Shown here piece after piece: positions 62,240 to 64,000 of a stretch of DNA of 64,000 nucleotides (its first letter is position 1; each line of letters opens with the position of its first letter). Origin of the DNA: an uncultured Prevotella sp. (GTDB lineage: Bacteria > Bacteroidota > Bacteroidia > Bacteroidales > Bacteroidaceae); the NCBI GenBank assembly GCA_900772835.1, contig CAAGSA010000071.1, positions 9,566 to 73,565 of the forward strand. The letters run 5' to 3'. Under the pieces are notes generated by a model that did no database searches, was not told the origin of the DNA, and saw only the letters and a list, made by a program, of their open reading frames with translations. A program made the translations under genes and the position numbers.

Positions 62240-64000
62240 TTACTCTTCCGGCAGCATGATAACGCTCACGCTGTTCTTTCCGATGAGGTTGTCCTTGACA
62301 TACTTTGCAACTGATGCCGGTGTGAGTGCCTCCACGAGCGACTTGTAGTCGGTGTCTCTGTCCACGTTGTACTCGTCGAAGTCGCTGATGATGTTCATCC
62401 AGTAGCGGTTTGTCTTCAGTGCATCCTCATGCTGCTTCACCATCAGATCCTTTGTCTTGTTCAGCATGTCAGCGTCAACTGTGGTGCCGAGCTTGACAAG
62501 CTCCTCGCGCATAATCTTGATGGCGATGTCCTTCTTCTCCGGCTTCACAGGGCAGTAGCCGTAGATAGCGTTGAACGGTTGGTCACCGCCGAGCTGTACG
62601 ATTCCTGCTGCACTTGCAGAGTAGGCTGCGCTCTGCTCCTCGCGGATAGTCTTAAGATAAACCATATCGAGGATCTGTCCTGCTGCGTCTGCCTTGACAG
62701 AGTTTTCGAGAGAATACGGTGTGGTGTTGTTGTACCAGAACATGTAGATGTTTGCCTTCGGTGTCTCCTGCTTGCGCTTGAAGATGTTCTCCACATCGCC
62801 CTTGGCGAATACAGAGTATGGCTTCCAGTTCTCTTTCACATACTTCTTGCCCTTCTTGATTGAAGGCAGCGAAGCTACATACTGCTCGATGTACTTGCGT
62901 ACGAGAGCCTCGTCGAAGTTACCCACGATTGTGAATGTGAAGTCGGCAGCGTTTGCTGTGCGCTCCTTGGCAATCTGCAGGATGCGGTCGTAGTCAACCT
63001 TGTCGATGTCGCTCTCTTCGAGAGAGGCGTACCATGGGCTGTGTGCGTGCAGTGTGTACTGCAGAGAGTCGCTGAGTGCGCTTTCGGCTGAGAGCGACTT
63101 GTTCTTCAGTGCCATCTTGTACTGGTTGAGCAGTTTTGCTACAGACTGCTCGTCCTTCTTGATGTTTGTGAAGTAGAGGTAGTTCATCTGGAACATTGTC
63201 TCCATATCCTTCGGTGTGCAGTTTCCTGTTGTGTACTCGTGCAGCTTGCCCAGATGGAGGTCAACGTTTGCGTTCTTGCCGGCGAGAACCTTCTGCAGCT
63301 CAGTGCTGTTGAAGTTGCCGAGTCCGCTGTATGCCACGATAGCGTCGAACAGGTCGAGGTTGATGCGGTCTTTCAGTCCGTAGAGCGATGCACCACCCTT
63401 TGAAGATGCTGACATCAGCACTTCGCCTTCCTTCAGGTTGGTCTTCTTCAGCAGTACGCGTGCTCCGTTGCTCAGTGTGAGTTCCTTGTAGCCGAACTTC
63501 TTGCTGTCTTTCTCCGAAACTATTTTTCCAGCCTTCGGCAGATTTGCAATAAGCGGCTCCTGCTTCACGTTGTCAACGTAAGCCTCGATCTTTGCCACGC
63601 GGGCATCCTCGTAAGCCTTCTTCAGTCCGGCTTCTGTAGGATAGGTGAGGCCTTCCTTCTCGGTGTTGGTATTGTAGATTACCACGTTAGAGTCGTTCAC
63701 GTTGATGAGCTGCGACATTGCCTGGTTCACCATCTCCACTGGGAGCATCGGTGTGAGCTGCTGCATGATCTGGTACTCCTGCTCGATAGACATCAGCGGC
63801 TCGTTCTCCAGATAGTTGCTTGCGCAGGCACGTCCGAAGTTGTCGTTGTCAATCTTGTCGCGGTTGGTGTACTGTCTTTCCAATGCGCTCATGTAGTTTG
63901 CCTTTGCGCGCTCGTACTCGGTAGCTGTGAATCCGAACTTCACGGCACGCATAGCTTCCTTTGTGATGGCTGCTACGGCTTCCTCTGTCTTGCCGTCCTT
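62240..64000 (-). CDS. M16 family (PqqL/pitrilysin-like) zinc peptidase, C-terminal part; start lies beyond the window
   Basis: GFTATEYERAK, LTLSNGARV, GGAS, IREEQSAAYS; the frame runs off the edge and the HxxEH site is not in the window. Confidence 0.85.
   Translation of the reverse strand, partial: KDGKTEEAVAAITKEAMRAVKFGFTATEYERAKANYMSALERQYTNRDKIDNDNFGRACASNYLENEPLMSIEQEYQIMQQLTPMLPVEMVNQAMSQLINVNDSNVVIYNTNTEKEGLTYPTEAGLKKAYEDARVAKIEAYVDNVKQEPLIANLPKAGKIVSEKDSKKFGYKELTLSNGARVLLKKTNLKEGEVLMSASSKGGASLYGLKDRINLDLFDAIVAYSGLGNFNSTELQKVLAGKNANVDLHLGKLHEYTTGNCTPKDMETMFQMNYLYFTNIKKDEQSVAKLLNQYKMALKNKSLSAESALSDSLQYTLHAHSPWYASLEESDIDKVDYDRILQIAKERTANAADFTFTIVGNFDEALVRKYIEQYVASLPSIKKGKKYVKENWKPYSVFAKGDVENIFKRKQETPKANIYMFWYNNTTPYSLENSVKADAAGQILDMVYLKTIREEQSAAYSASAAGIVQLGGDQPFNAIYGYCPVKPEKKDIAIKIMREELVKLGTTVDADMLNKTKDLMVKQHEDALKTNRYWMNIISDFDEYNVDRDTDYKSLVEALTPASVAKYVKDNLIGKNSVSVIMLPEE

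Noticed and set aside
1..64000. tRNA, rRNA, transposase, integrase, prophage, parS
   Set aside because: None recognised by eye; tRNAscan-SE, Infernal and a parS motif scan would be needed to exclude them formally

Overview
Chromosomal window from a Bacteroidales genome, most likely Prevotellaceae. This is inferred from TAnnTTTG promoters, SusC/SusD pairs, porZ and short Prevotella-type T9SS C-terminal domains. In order: end of miaB; an msbA-like/lipid A acyltransferase/LPS-kinase operon converging on a TagF-like/aminotransferase/cytidylyltransferase-oxidoreductase fusion/LicD operon; SusCD pair 1; a candidate ~210-nt small RNA; a hypothetical gene; a KduD/IdnO-like dehydrogenase; rbfA and a LolE/FtsX-like permease; a split transketolase/FGGY kinase/fucose-isomerase-family operon resembling D-apiose catabolism; SusCD pair 2 with two accessory proteins; DUF4294; an LTA-synthase-family protein; a 1498-aa T9SS cargo protein; a GT-C-like membrane protein; a dense DnaA-box cluster (probable oriC) before nadA; four glycosyltransferases; leuS, YitT, rdgB, porZ; a membrane glycan-modification cluster with three acyltransferases; and the end of an M16 peptidase. 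No rRNA, tRNA, transposase, phage or CRISPR was recognised. The main unexplained signals are the candidate antisense-type sRNA, eight intergenic arrays of mostly different sequence sharing a 21-22 nt period, the probable oriC, and the LicD pathway. All assignments come from reading motifs by eye; no searches were run.
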